DNA of 64,000 bases from Eledone cirrhosa (lineage: Eukaryota). The DNA lies in assembly GCA_964016885.1 (NCBI GenBank), contig OZ024753.1, forward strand, positions 18,352,001 to 18,416,000, read 5' to 3'. Shown in pieces: positions 43,266 through 57,700 of this stretch. The first letter of the stretch is position 1. Every line of letters starts with the position of its first letter. The notes beneath the pieces are model-generated. The model ran no database searches. It saw only the letters and a program-made list of their open reading frames with translations, and was not told the DNA's origin. A program made the position numbers and the translations under genes.

Positions 43266-45658
43266 ATGGATTATAACAACATAACCAATTCAACTAAAGA
43301 CATTCCTATACCTGGTAAATCTGAATTCACCAAACTTCTAATTGAAAAATCTGACTTCTTTGTAAGAAGACTTAGATGGATAGCTTGTTTCTATGACCAG
43401 CGCCTAAAAGGGAACTTCTATACCAAGGAACATAACTTCCTCGATCATATATTTAATTGTAGAAGAAATCCTCCTTCCAACAAAAATCTAGTGCAATTCG
43501 AGGAAGAGTTAACAAATATTATAAAAAATCTTAAATTCAAGAGATACCCTTACAAAGGACAAGAGCACCTTGTAAATCTCAAGAACACAATTTCAAACCT
43601 AAATTTCTCAAAAAATGTTTTAGTCCACTCTGACGAAACCAATAATTTATATGGTATTTCCAAGGATAATTATAACAAGCTTATCCTAAAGGAACTTAGG
43701 AAAAACTATCGTAAAACCAACCATGATAATTTAGAATCCATAAACTTTGAAGCCTCTGAGAGTATGTCAAAACCTGGCATCGGAAAAAAGACCGAACCAT
43801 TCCTCCCAAGAACTCCGAGGATAAATCTCTCAAAAACAATTTTGGCACTGAACTACCTGTTAGATTAATCGCCCCCTCTAAATCACATCTGGGGGTTGTT
43901 AGTAAAGCCATCTTGGATAGAATTATCCCACAGGTTCGTTCTAATTGCTCTTCTTTGAACTTAAATTTATGGTTTGGTACTTCTGAAGTGATTGGCTGGT
44001 TCAACAAATTGAATAATAAAAACAAACTAAGATTTGTTCAATTTGATATTGCCACCTACTATTCTTCTATTTCACCTTCACTTCTCAACAATGCTCTATC
44101 TTTCGCATTTAAATATTCTGACATCACCACAGATGAACTTCACATCATTCTCACCGCACGTAAAACCATCCTTGAGTTCAACAATGAATATTGGACCAGA
44201 GCTGATACCTCTAACAACTTCGACATCACAATGGGAGCATCCGATTCATCCCAATTGACAGATTTAATTGGTATCTTTATTTTGAACTCTTTGAATCGGA
44301 AAATTCCTCAACTTCGCGGTGGAATTTATCGTGACGATGGACTCTTTACTATCTTAAATTGCAACATAGTTAACCTTAATATTATTAAGAACAATATACG
44401 TAATCTCTTTAACCAACATAACCTAAAAATTGAATTTGATAACAGCATAAAACTAGCTAATTTCTTGGATGTGTCTCTTAATCTTGACACTGGCCTATAT
44501 TACCCTTACCATAAAAACAATGAGAACCTAAATTATGTTAATTTTAAATCTAACCACCCTACTAATATTAAGAATGCTATAGTTAGTAATATTGGAAAAA
44601 TAATATCTAACCTATCTTCTAATAAAAACATCTTTGATGCAAACGCCAATTACTATAATAACGCGCTTTCTAAAGCCGGCTATCCTGATAAAATCAAATA
44701 TAATAAAGAAACAAATTCTAGAAGATCTTACAGTAGAATAATTAATCATGATCATTCCAATAACTTTAATAAAAGACCTAGATACAAAAACATAATCTGG
44801 TATAATGCTCATTTCTCCATCTCTATTAATAATAATATTCCTAAATTATTCTTTAGTGCCTTAAATAAATGCTTCCCTCCCTCACATATCTATAGTAAAA
44901 TATTTAACAAACACACTATACAATTTTCCTATTCGACATCCTCCAACATTTCCAACATTATCTCTAAACACAACAATAAAATACTAAATACTAAATCTCT
45001 TCCTTCCAACACTGAATATCATAATAATAATAATACTACTCCAGACGCCATTGTAAACTCTAGGCTAATTTCTGCAAACCCAAATACAACGTCAAACACA
45101 ACTTCGCTAAATGTTCTTAATCCCATTCTAAATCAAGAAACTATTATTCCTATCGCAAATAACTTCTCCAACCCAATTCCTTCTATAGATAACACTAGGT
45201 CACTCGTTAATAATCTCTCTAATCGCAATTGCAATTGCCCTGCTAAAAATAAATGTCCTCTCAACAACCATTGTCTTGATAAAAACTTAATCTACGAATG
45301 TGAAGTTATAACTGACACCAATTCCTTCAACTATTTTGGCTCCACTTCCACCTCCTTTAAAGCTCGTCTTTATAATCATCATTCGTCTTTTAAATACCAA
45401 CTTAAAGGAACCAACACGGCTCTCTCAGAACTCATATGGTCCTTGAAAGACAAAAATATTAAATATAACATCTCTTGGAAAAAGGTTTCATGTGCTTTTT
45501 CATTCTTGAACAGTTCTCTATCCAAGAATTGCAATCTCTGTCTAAATGAAAAATTTACCATTATATCTAATTTAGATTCTATAATAGATTGACGCACTGA
45601 CTTGTTTTCTCTCTGCTTGCATAAATTCCACTGAACATTCCATAAAGTGTACAGCTAA
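43266..45658 (+). pseudogene. PLE polyprotein (RT + GIY-YIG) with a frameshift near 43830 and C-terminal stops
   Basis: N-terminal STKDIPIP..LIEK..VRRLRW, SDETNNLY, RLIAPSKSHLG, FDIATYYSSI, ITMGASDS, GIYRDDGL, FLDVSLNL, SNHP, CNCPAKNKCPLNNHC, LIYEC..YFGSTSTSFKARLYNH, CNLC, CLH. Confidence 0.92.
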
Positions 45659-45698
45659 TATCCTAAACTTTATCAATTCAGAATCCTTTTCTCAAAGG

Positions 45699-45741
<43 letters not shown>

Positions 45742-46686
45742 TTCTTTAAAAATATACCCATCTTTCTACCTTATTTCAAAGTTATTTATTATACATTATA
45801 TAATACTTGTTACTCATGCTATATCACTCCTATTTATCACTTCCCTTTCTTCATTTTCCTTTTCTTTTTTTTTTCTTTCTAACCCCTAATCTGTACCTTT
45901 TCTCACTGTGCCTAACATAGAAAGAATTATTACACAATACAATATATTCTTACTTTATATCACCTCGAAAAAATCCATCGTGAACATAAACATTTTTTTT
46001 GACGTTAGATTATTCATCCTCTATTCATTATTTTTTTCTCACTTTCATCTAACTTATTCATGCTCATCTCACAATATATCCCTACTTACATTACTTTTTT
46101 TTTTTTTTTTTTTAATAATACATATCAACATTTTCTTTCCATCGCACATATTATTAAACCCTTAAATATTATTCTTAATACATATTAACAATTTCTTTTC
46201 ATCTCACATATTATTAAACCCTTCAATATAGAAACCTTAACTTTACATTATTTGTCTCTTCGTTAATTTTCAAATTCTTTTAATTTATACATTATCTTCC
46301 AACGGTTTTTCAACCTCTCTATGTAAAACAATATATTTTTCTCAGTTATAAAAGCGATCTCTCTCTATCTATCACCCATCTCTCCTCCTATCTCATTCTT
46401 CCTCATTATAGTCCTACCCCTCCACTTTTTACTCTCATCTCCTCCTCTTTTTCATCCTTTCCAACCTCCCTCCCTCAAAAAAATGTTTTTCCTCAATATC
46501 ACACATCAATCTAAAAGTACTTTTCATATGTTGATTTAAAACTGCACTATCTACAAGTGTTTTTAACCTTCATATCATGTCTTCCTATTTTATCTGATGA
46601 AAACACAAATGTTATTGCATGATGATATTTGTTTTTGAGATGCGCATAATAAAATACATGGAACTCTTTTAACCATCTTTTGATCT

Positions 46687-46759
<73 letters not shown>

Positions 46760-46766
46760 TATATAC

Positions 46767-46797
<31 letters not shown>

Positions 46798-46825
46798 CAT
46801 ATATATATATAAATATATATATATA

Positions 46826-46856
<31 letters not shown>

Positions 46857-47024
46857 TTATATATATATATATATATATACACATATATATATACACACAT
46901 ATATATATACACACATATATATATACATATATATATATATACACATATAAATATACACACATATATATATACACACATATATATATATACACATATATAT
47001 ATATATACACATATATATATATAC

Positions 47025-47153
<129 letters not shown>

Positions 47154-47298
47154 TAGCGAAATCAATAGACGTGTCCGAATAACCTGCGATTCTAGAGTCA
47201 GGTAGATCCACACACGTATCGCACCTCGAGCAGTTCGCCGGGGTAACATCTGTAACACAATAGATTGAGTTCCGATTCATCACTTATTTTTTTTCCAT

Positions 47299-47336
<38 letters not shown>

Positions 47337-47439
47337 CATACATATTTATATATACAAAATGAGTCCACCACCTATAATAATATAAATAACATAATGCAGG
47401 TGAATACTTTAAACTCAATGACTCAATACACCCAACTAA

Positions 47440-48100
47440 AAGTAGGGCTAATAATAAAAATAGGCGTAGATTAAACACCATTTTTAATTCTCTGTTTAAT
47501 GTAGAAGTTTCAACAAACGTATCCGGAATATTCTTATTTCTGTTAGATAGGAATTTCCCACCTGGACATAAAATACCATAAACTAATTAACAAGAATACC
47601 ATAAAAGTGTTCTTGATTACTCCTAATATAGCCACATATTTAGCATTTATCAACAATAGAATAATAAAGAAACAGGTACAATCCCCTACACTGAATAATC
47701 TTGTGACACAGTTTGAGGATATCTTTCATTGTAATAACCCTCCAATAATATTAATTTCCGTATTGAACCGTTACACATAGACACCAGACTTCATAAAATT
47801 AACGCCCTTGACACACCATGAATTCACAAATCAATTCTAATAATATAGGTAGGGAAAACATCCCACGAAATAATATAAATAATAACACAATAAACAACAT
47901 AACTCACCGAAACTTGTGTAGAAACTCATCTGAGAGCAACCAAACAAGACAACACTCCTATAATAACCTTAACTGTAATTGTGGGAATAATGTATACCAC
48001 CCACTTAGTACTAGATGCTTAACTATAAATATTGTATATTGATGCATATTAGTTGCGCAGAATACATCCACATTAAATATAGGTACAACTTACGAACAAA
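47440..48100 (+). pseudogene. Highly decayed Naiad-type PLE fragment
   Basis: FLFLLDRNFPPGHKYHKLINKNTIK, an Asn-rich linker, CNCGNN..PL..RCLT.NIVY and NIGTT remnants. Confidence 0.65.
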
Positions 48101-48196
48101 CCGATCCCATACTGACGTCAACATTGTTCAGTGTGTCCTTACGATTCCACAGTAATCCTTCGAATTCGATGATGGTTCTTGTCATTATTATTAGTA

Positions 48197-48238
<42 letters not shown>

Positions 48239-48292
48239 AAACAAAATGAAAACGAAATTTCATTTCTCACTCTTAGTACGGCACTTACTTAA

Positions 48293-49008
<716 letters not shown>

Positions 49009-50329
49009 AGTGAGTGAGAGAGAGAGAGAAAACAGGGTGATGGGGGAAACAGAAAGTGTTCTACAGATATAATATATCCTTATACCTATTTGCAAATATG
49101 AATAATCCTTTCATCTTATAGCATCGGAGCCATTACATCTCTCTGTATTTCTATACATCACAGGTAATAGTATTGATAGAGTTAATGGAATACCTACAAA
49201 GCTTTTGTGTTATCAGGAATTACTTTTGTTTTTCATAATATTTGTATCCACTTTATCAACAGAACGGTGATGTAAATAGCTAAAGAGTTATCTCATTAAA
49301 ATTCTCATTAACTATTAATGCCGATATATAATAATTATCATTATTATTACAGCTTGTAGTTTTCATATCTGGCAGCTAATGCAATCTCAATGAGAGTAGA
49401 GGTTTATGATTACAGAAGATACTTCATTCCCAAATTCATAAATCATCTAATAACAGATGTATTAGAGTGAGCTGATTTTTCTATTATGCAATAATAAATA
49501 CTTAATATGAAATAACTTTTGATAAGTTAATCAACGGCAACGAAGAAGTGAATTCAATTTACATATCCAAAATTATATATCCGTTTTAATTGATCAGCGT
49601 TATTATCTAGGATCTACATTGTGTAGAAAATATGAAGGTAGTGATCACGTAAAGATTTATGTTAAAACGTTGAACTCTATCTTTTAGCTTATTTCTGACT
49701 TACTTTTCAATGAAATCGCGTGAATTCTTCTACGGCTTCTATAAAGCATGTATGATAAGTTTCTCTTCGATAGAATCTACTAGATTGCTCTCCAGTGATA
49801 TTAGCTCACTATCTCATCATAATAAATGACTCTATGTATTAGGAAAGTTTCTTATCATAGCCTTTAATGTTATCAGCAGTAGATTATCGAAGATTTAGCT
49901 CCAATTTTTTGACGTCGAATGAATGTGAAGAGGTTTCCTCAGTCAATATTATTTCCTGCTCAATAGCTTCAAATTATTCATACATGTCTAGACACAAGCA
50001 GACCACAATTATAATTCTTACAGAGGAACAGTGCGTAACACGTTTCTACAGAAATAGCACTCACTACCTAGAGTACAATTAAACAGAATAAAAACGTTTC
50101 ACCACCAGAATGAGTGCTGAGAAACAAGAGGAAATCCACTCCAACACAGCCTTGCTTGTCTGTTCCTATGAGAATATGTAGCCTTACATGAATATAGTAG
50201 AGGGTAAAACTATATAACGCATCATTATGTATAGTGAGCTTCAATAAAATTATTCATATCGCACCCTTGTTTGTATTGGGTAACAAGTGACGCGTTTGCG
50301 TTTTCAATAGAAAGGACCGTTCGTAAAAA

Positions 50330-50960
50330 TATATATACTGGGAGGCATCGAATCGATACACACATGTTACGTGGTGTTGTTGGTGTTGCTGTTGCTACTG
50401 CGACCACTGGTGCTATTGTTAATACTGCTGCTGCTGTTGCTACCTCCTTTGTTGCCAAATGCATCAGCAGCAGCCGCGTCTCGACCACCGCTTGATGAAG
50501 AAGACAATAAAATGGCCTTTGCCTGACTTACACTAGGTGACGATGAGGAAGACGAAAAGGAAAGCGAGACGCCACGCTGACAGCTGGGTGAGGAACGAAG
50601 TTTTGTGTGAAGACAAGGTAGAGAAGGATAGCTTGGTAAAGGACGAAGTTTTAGGGGAAGACAATGTAGAGAAGGATAGCTTGGTAAGGAACGAAGCTTT
50701 GGGGGAAGACAAGGTAGAGAAACAGATTTTTTGAGTGAAGCCATTTTTCTTATTTTTGTGGGCGTATTTGGCCAATGCGAAGTTCAAATTGAAATTTAGT
50801 CCCGAAGGTTTGAATATCGATTAATTTCGACCACCTCAACAGAAGCTGGTTGTGTTTAAACACAAAACAATATATATTTTTACAATAAGTTAGCAATAAA
50901 AAATTTAAAAATCACAAACTTACGGGAGCAAAATTTCCTGCGAGGTATATACTTCCACAA
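50330..50960 (-). mobile_element. Possible 5' remnant (5' UTR + low-complexity ORF1 start) of a Tx1-like element
   Basis: Minus-strand gctcccgtaagtttgtgattttt resembles gagctccgtaaagtttgttgttttc in the 5' UTR at 58.7 kb. It is followed by Thr/Ala/Ser-rich coding-like sequence and abuts degenerate (TTC)n. Confidence 0.4.
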
Positions 50961-51679
50961 CAAGAAAGAAGAAGGAAAAGAAGGAAAAAAAGAAAAAGAA
51001 GAAGTTCAATTCTGCTTAATTAAGCATTGACTTGAATTGGCGTAATAACACAAATTCTCTTCTTTTTATTATAGTTATTTCGCCCGAGAACAATCGTGAA
51101 ACCAAATGTCCTATGTAATGATCTATAATTCTTATACGTGATGATTCCGTATTCCTAAGAGTTTATAGCATTATACCTTGTATATCTCTCCCGGCTTTCA
51201 AACGTTTATCTTTACCTGTGCAATTCAGCAAGGTTTACCTGTGGAATCTGTTAAAATTCCTATTATTTTTCTTTTTCTTGATAGTATACGTATATTTTAT
51301 TGAATATTGTATTTATTTGATTTCATTGTTGTGGTAAAATGCTTATTCCGTTGTTCAATGGGTTTCAATTTGCATATGATATAAAAGATGACACAAGGTG
51401 AATGACTAAATATCATGACAAATATTAAAATATCATTATTAGAGGAATTATGACTCTACAAATATTTATATTTGTTTTCTCACGTTAAATACTTCTGTTT
51501 ATTTGTGGTATTGACGAACAAATATCATCATGTTAATCAGTCAATATTTATATTTCGTCGAATATGTGATTATCTAAGTATAAGATGCATATTCGTCTTT
51601 TTATTATCATCATCATCATCATCATCCCTTGTGGTAAATAAAGAAAGCATTATTATTATTATAATTTTATTATTATTGT

Positions 51680-51931
51680 TACGGGGTCGATAAAATAAAG
51701 TACCAGTAATGCACTGGGTAATTTGCTGGCCTTGTGCCAAACGTAGAAACAATTATTATTATTATTGTTCTTTGAGTCTCAGGAAAAGTTAACCTCGGCG
51801 GGATTTGAACTTTACGATCTGAGTTCAAATCCCGCCGAGGTTAACTTTTCCTTTCATCCTTACGGGGTCGATAAAATAAAGTACCAGTAATGCTCTGGGT
51901 AATTGGTGGCCTTGTGCCTAAAATAGAAACA
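51680..51931 (+). mobile_element. Two SINE family A pieces; the second has a 5' inverted duplication and a 21-bp direct repeat
   Basis: attattgttctttgagtctca occurs at 51761-51781 and 51932-51952. 51781-51811 is the reverse complement of 51822-51852. Confidence 0.8.
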
Positions 51932-51937
51932 ATTATT

Positions 51938-52492
51938 GTTCTTTGAGTCTCAGTCATTTATGTTATTTAACTGGAAAGTTTGCTGAAATGAATATCAAGC
52001 CGCTACCTGCAGCCTCAGATATTCAGGACGTATAAGAGGGTTCTTGCTGTTCCCAGCAAGCATGCCTTTTGAAGTGTTCCAAAGAGCGGGGCTGGACTAA
52101 CTTTCTTTAACCATCCTTGGAAACTCTTTGAGATAGTATCTAGTGCACCTATGACAATCGGGGCGACCTTGATTTCATGACAGTTCCAAATCCTTTTCAA
52201 CTCCCACTTTAAGTCCTGGTATCGGTTAATTTTCTCCCTCTCCTTTTCTTGCACTCTCGTGTCAAATGGGCAGGCTACATCTACAATCAGGCACGATCTT
52301 TTTTCCTTGTCTAAAACCACCAGGTCAGGTCTATTGTGTTCCAGTTTCTTGTCCGTCTGTATCCTAAAATCCCAGAGCACCTTCACCTGATCGTTTTCTA
52401 TCACCGACTCTGGCTTATGCTCATACCACTTCTCAGAATGTGGTAAATTGTTTACTTTGCATAGGTGCCAGTGGATCACCCTGCCCATCACA
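51938..52492 (-). pseudogene. 3' end of an RLE-type non-LTR retrotransposon (R4/Dong-like)
   Basis: VIHWHLC..KWYEHKPESVIEND.VKVLWDF, RPDLVVLDK..CLIVDVACP (PD-(D/E) nuclease), EKINRYQDL, PIVIGAL, LQKACLLGTAR. Flanked by (TAA)n, the known target of Dong elements. Confidence 0.85.
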
Positions 52493-52532
<40 letters not shown>

Positions 52533-52760
52533 CATGGCCGCACATGTGTGAAGACAGTACAAATCTGCGGGGTAAAAGGTTCGTAACTTTAAGCTGATTT
52601 AAAGTGTCATTTTTTGTATTTTCTTGTCGTTAACGAAACTTAAGGTACACATCTTGATTTAAAGAGAGGGATACCTCTCAATATTCGGGCTTTAAGCCCG
52701 AATATTCAGATTTATTTTTAAAAACTTCGAAAAAAATCACTTCCCCACCAAAAGAAAATT

Positions 52761-54017
52761 ATGGAAATTTTCGACCTTGAAACGGTAAATAACGTTCAGG
52801 TCAAAAGTTTAACGGCAGCCACTGTAGATTTCACCACGACTACGACGGCTACAGTCATGCCTGTCCTCCACTCTACTGAATGTGAAGGCAAAACTCAAAA
52901 GCTACCATCACAACCTTCTGCAATAGCATCAGTATCAACTGAAAACGACATCACCACCATCGCCACCACCACCACCACAACAACAACTCAGAGCACTAAC
53001 GACAATAACACCGACAGCTTCAATGTAAACAAGGATGGCGGTGGCAACGCCAATAACAACAGCAAGAATGACAACAACAACAATAAGAGCATCAGAAACA
53101 CCACATTTGCTGCTGCAGCAGCAAAAACAAAGCGCTTATTGAATATTGATATTGATATTAGCGATAAAGACGAACAGTTGGCCAAAGCGTGGAGGCTAAT
53201 TAAACGGGAGAAGTCCTGGGCAAACCTGACCATCCCGGACGAGGCAATAGCTGCCATGCAAAGGAGGACGGTGTTCTTTCGATGTATTTCGGTGCAGACA
53301 CGAAAAGTGGAACTTGCGAGCCAAGCAGAGATAGAGGCTGCTTTGGAGTACATCGGAAGTAACATAGAGTACAAAGCAAAAGGCAAACAGTTCGGAACAA
53401 TCTCGGTACTGTTCAAAACCGAGGCCCTCGCTATTAAGCACTCGGTGACCCTCTGCAGAACGGAACGCATTATCATGCATCCGTCCTATATGGGTAAAAG
53501 GACAGTGAAGGTACGCATTCCCAGCATCCCACCAGGAATGAACATATGGTGGCTGCTGGGATGCGTAATCGCGGAGGGGACAGACACTACCCTTCTGGAC
53601 ATCAAAAGGACAGAGAGAGAGGACTGGTCCGGAATGGATTTGGAGATTCTTCTCCAAATGAAACTGGAGGATGTGAATAACATCCCGGATTTTGGCCGCC
53701 TGCAGGACGGGACAACAATCCAACTAATGATTGACGGAAGTAGGCCACGCTGCTTCGTCTGTGGGGAAGCAACGCATCTTCAAGCCTTCTGCCCTCAGCG
53801 CAAAAATGCAGGGGGTCGCAAACCTCCTTTGTTGCCAACGCCAGTGTCAGAACGGAAAGCTGCACTACACCACCACCACCACCACCAAAAACAACATCAA
53901 CAAAAACACGGACACCAACATCAAAAGCCGCCGAATCACCACCAACACCAAAACCAATCCAAGGAGAAAACGAGGAAAGCTCTCCCACTCCCCCTACCCC
54001 TCCAATTATACACATAG
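52761..54017 (+). CDS. ORF1 gag-like nucleic-acid-binding protein (probably frameshifted; original C-terminus likely continues in 53731-54516 and 54517-54744)
   Basis: RRM-like middle region, CFVCGEATHLQAFC zinc knuckle, low-complexity T/N and P/K termini. Homologous to 59083-60340. Confidence 0.75.
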   Translation: MEIFDLETVNNVQVKSLTAATVDFTTTTTATVMPVLHSTECEGKTQKLPSQPSAIASVSTENDITTIATTTTTTTTQSTNDNNTDSFNVNKDGGGNANNNSKNDNNNNKSIRNTTFAAAAAKTKRLLNIDIDISDKDEQLAKAWRLIKREKSWANLTIPDEAIAAMQRRTVFFRCISVQTRKVELASQAEIEAALEYIGSNIEYKAKGKQFGTISVLFKTEALAIKHSVTLCRTERIIMHPSYMGKRTVKVRIPSIPPGMNIWWLLGCVIAEGTDTTLLDIKRTEREDWSGMDLEILLQMKLEDVNNIPDFGRLQDGTTIQLMIDGSRPRCFVCGEATHLQAFCPQRKNAGGRKPPLLPTPVSERKAALHHHHHHQKQHQQKHGHQHQKPPNHHQHQNQSKEKTRKALPLPLPLQLYT

Positions 54018-54753
54018 ACAAAACAATAAAAAACACACAGACACAGAGACACTCACAGACACAGACCCTTTGTCTTCCAGCAGCGAAGATGAAGGAAAAC
54101 CCAAAAGTGCAAAAAAACAGAGAAAACTCACAAAAAAAAAGCCCCAACAAAACACAAAAACGCACACAACAAAAAATACAGACACCACTAACGCAAACAC
54201 TTCCCCAATAACATCATCACCAACAGCAACATCGACACCACCTCCACAATCCCCGAAACGTAAACAACCTAAACAAACACAAGTACAAATAAACACACAA
54301 ATACCTGAAATTGCAGACACCACACCTACAACAAACATAGACATACCCGAAACAACATCACCAAAACCATCGCCATCACCTTCACCAAAACGAAAACAAA
54401 TAAAACCACACCAAAAAAATGTTAAAAACTTCGTGCTTGTCAGAAGGGCCAACGATAAACTGATGGCCCTCTTAGCGCGAAGCGAGGACATTCAAACAGA
54501 GGGGGAAATGTTTTAAATGAGCACATTTTGCGTGCCAGAAGATTTGCTTCTGGTCCGAATGTCACTCAATTCCTTCAAAGAAATTCGAGAGAACTTTCCT
54601 CAAGACGTGGGAACCCCGAATGCGAAACCCACATCAAGACTTTTAAGGGGGTTCCCAAAAGAAACCCCACCAACCATGGAGGTCGAACCACCCGACCTTC
54701 ACAAGACCAGGGAGGTAAGTAAACCTTCCCTCTCTCTCTCTTAGCTTACCAAT

Positions 54754-57700
54754 ATGGCCATATTAAGAGTAGAAAGTTTAAATGTTCGCGGCCTGGGGTC
54801 ACCCTGGAAGCAGGGTCACCTGCTCAACGACCTCCGGTCGCTGGAAATGGATGTGATTGCCGTAAGCGGGACCAGAATTTCCGACACACGCGCACTAGCC
54901 CCCATTTTCGACGACTATCAGATCTTCGCATCTGTTAGTAGGCCGGGAATGGGGGGTGGGGTGGCAGTGCTTTTTAGGAAAGGACTGGATCTCGAGGTAT
55001 GGTCGATCTTCCGGGACCCGGACGGTAAGTTGGTGGTCTTGGATGTGAGCAGTAGCGAAGGTGGTGCCTTTAGACTGCTGGCCGTCTACGCCCCTACAGG
55101 GGCCGGACGACCTGACTTCTTTAGGCGCCTGGAGACCTTTCTGGGTACGTCTCGCCCTTTACTGTTAGCGGGGGACTGGAATGGCATCTTAGACGCACGC
55201 TGGGATTGTGTGGGAGTAGCCGATAGGAGCGGGGGGTGCAAAAGCCTCAAGCACCTACTCAGCCAGTTCCAACTGTCTGACAGGTATCGACTAGATTTTC
55301 CCAATGTGCCAATATGGACATGGACCAACCGAATGGGGTCATCTAGATCGTATATAGACAGGATCTTCATTAGGGAAATAGATAGAAATAGTGTGGGCTG
55401 TCCACTTTTTAAAACGGTCGCCTATTCAGATCACAAATTTGTGATCTGTAAGGTCGACCTAAATAAAACGCGTAGGTTAGGACCGGGTTACTGGAAGCTG
55501 AACATGTCATTTCCGGCACGTAAGGCTTACAGGGACCGAGTCAACAATTTAGTAAAGCAAAAGTTGACAGGGCGGATCATCAACAATAGATGGTGGGTGG
55601 CTCTCAAAAGAGAGATTAGAGTAACTTCGATAGAGTTCAGCAAAGAACTAGAGTTAGAGAAAAATAGAAAGGAGGGGGAGCTGGTAGATAAGTTAGACGA
55701 GGCTATTTGTAGTGGCATCGCAACTGACGTGCTAGCGGCGAGAATGGCATTAGACCATTTCTTCAATGCCAAACACGAAGGTTGCATTGTCAGAGCTAAG
55801 GCGCATGCACTGAGAAACGAGGGAACCAAAGCTGTTCGATGGGCCCGCGTGGCGGAGGCGAAGCGTGGTAATAAAACCACAATTTGGTCTTTGGCGGACC
55901 GAGACGGACACGAGATAAGCGATTCCAAGCGGATGTGTGAGGCCTTTCGCCAGCACTTTGCTCGGTTTTTCAGGGAGAGTGGCGAGTCAGAGAGAGTAGC
56001 GGATTTCAGTCCCTACCTTGACGGCTTGCCGCACATCTCGACGGTCGACGCTGAGAGCTGCGAAAGGCAGATTACTTCAGCCGAAATTCAGGACGCCCTT
56101 GTCGGCTGCATCAGGCGCAAGTCACCCGGTTTCGATGGCCTGCCCTACGAGCTTTACGTAAATATGCCAGACTTGTTCTCCGAACTCCTCGAAGCACTCT
56201 ACTGCAACTGGCAGCAGAATGGGAGTATTCCCAGTTCTGTGAGCAGGGGAGGTGGGGACGCTGATAAGGAAAGACGAGAACAAGAGGGATACATTAGACA
56301 ACTTCAGGCCCATAACTCTGCTCAACACAGAGTTTAAGATTTTGGCCAAGGTGTTAGCAAAGAGATTGGCGCTTGTCGTCGAGGATTTGGTGGGGGAGGC
56401 GCAAACTTGCGCAATCCCAGCCAGGTCCATACACGACAATCTCCACCTCATGCGATACATCATAGAGATGGTAGGGTGTAAACCTGGCTTCGGTGGGGCA
56501 CTGATCAATTTAGATCAATCGAAAGCATTCGATAGGGTCGACCATCGGTATCTGGAGTTTGTCCTCAAAGCAGCTGGCTTCGGCCCTGTCTTTAGAAGCT
56601 GGATCGTTGCAATGCACAGCGACACATGCTCGGTGGTCAAGGTTAATGGCCACCTCTCGGAACCATTTCGGCTCTCCCGATCGGTCCGTCTAGGGTGCCC
56701 TCCCTCTTCCCTTCTGTACGTATTGACTCTAGAGCCTTTACTGCAGAAGCTGGAGCTATTCCAGGGCATCCCGCTCGAACCGGGACGTAGAAAGGCGGTG
56801 TCGGCTTATGCGGACGACATCACCGTGATGGTGTCGAACACCTCAGAAATCGAGGTGGTCGGCACCTTATTGAAGGAATATGAAAGGTTGACAGGAGCCA
56901 AACTTAACCCGGAAAAGTCGGTGGGCTGGAGAGGCAAGCCCATGCCGTCCAACAGCGTCGTGGGGCGCTGGACGGACGGACCGGTAAAGTTGCTTGGGGT
57001 TTGGTTCGGACCAGACCTCCAGGTGGAAAAGAATTGGGACGATGTAACGAGCAGAGTAGCCAGTCTCACCCAAAAATGGGCTGGGAGGAAGCTATCACTG
57101 AAAAATCGCGCGGAGGTGGCGAATGCGTACATCGCGTCCGTCATCTACTACCGCCTGACCGTCGTGCCTTGCCCCCGTCCGCGCCTCGTCAAGCTAGAAC
57201 GGCGCCTCTTCAAATTCTTGTGGAGGGGACAAGTTCCGTTGGTGAGGCGGTCCATCTGCTACCAGCACCCTCTACGCGGAGGGCTGGGCATGCCGTGGAT
57301 AATGATGCGCAGACATGCGTTGAGGCTGCGACATCTCCAGATGTTCTGACTCAACGGTGAACAGGTGTGGTTGCCGTTTATCAGACGGGCCTTTCCGCAG
57401 TTCATTTCTGTGACTGAGCTGCAGTCCTGAGTCAAGAAGAGACCGAGACTGGGTGACTGGCACCTGGAATGTTGCCAGGCACTCACTGCCCTCTACTAAG
57501 CGGGTAATGCGATCAGTGGAATTTCCACTCTCGAGTTCTATAGAGGATTAGTGGTGGGCAAGTGCGATGACGCACTCTGGGAAGTTTTAGGCCTCAACGA
57601 AGTCGAACTGACCAGTCTGTACCGGAGGACTTTTGAGCCGAGGACGATGGACAATTTCCAGAAATCCCTCGCTTGGCAGTGCTACCGGGGGGCACTGCCG

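Larger units (their letters stand above)
42667..46696 (+). mobile_element. Near full-length Naiad-type Penelope-like element with inverted 5' pLTR (42667-43090 / 46276-46696)
   Basis: ~420-bp inverted arms, each with an HHR motif, flank a single RT + GIY-YIG ORF. An inverted 5' pLTR copy is an established PLE architecture. Confidence 0.9.

Noticed and set aside
45590-45634. In-frame TGA codons in a Naiad-type ORF as selenocysteine (reported for some Naiads)
   Set aside because: Both TGAs align with K/R positions in sibling copies (LNKKSE, LHKTF), not with conserved Cys. CGA>TGA decay is the simpler explanation, and I identified no SECIS.
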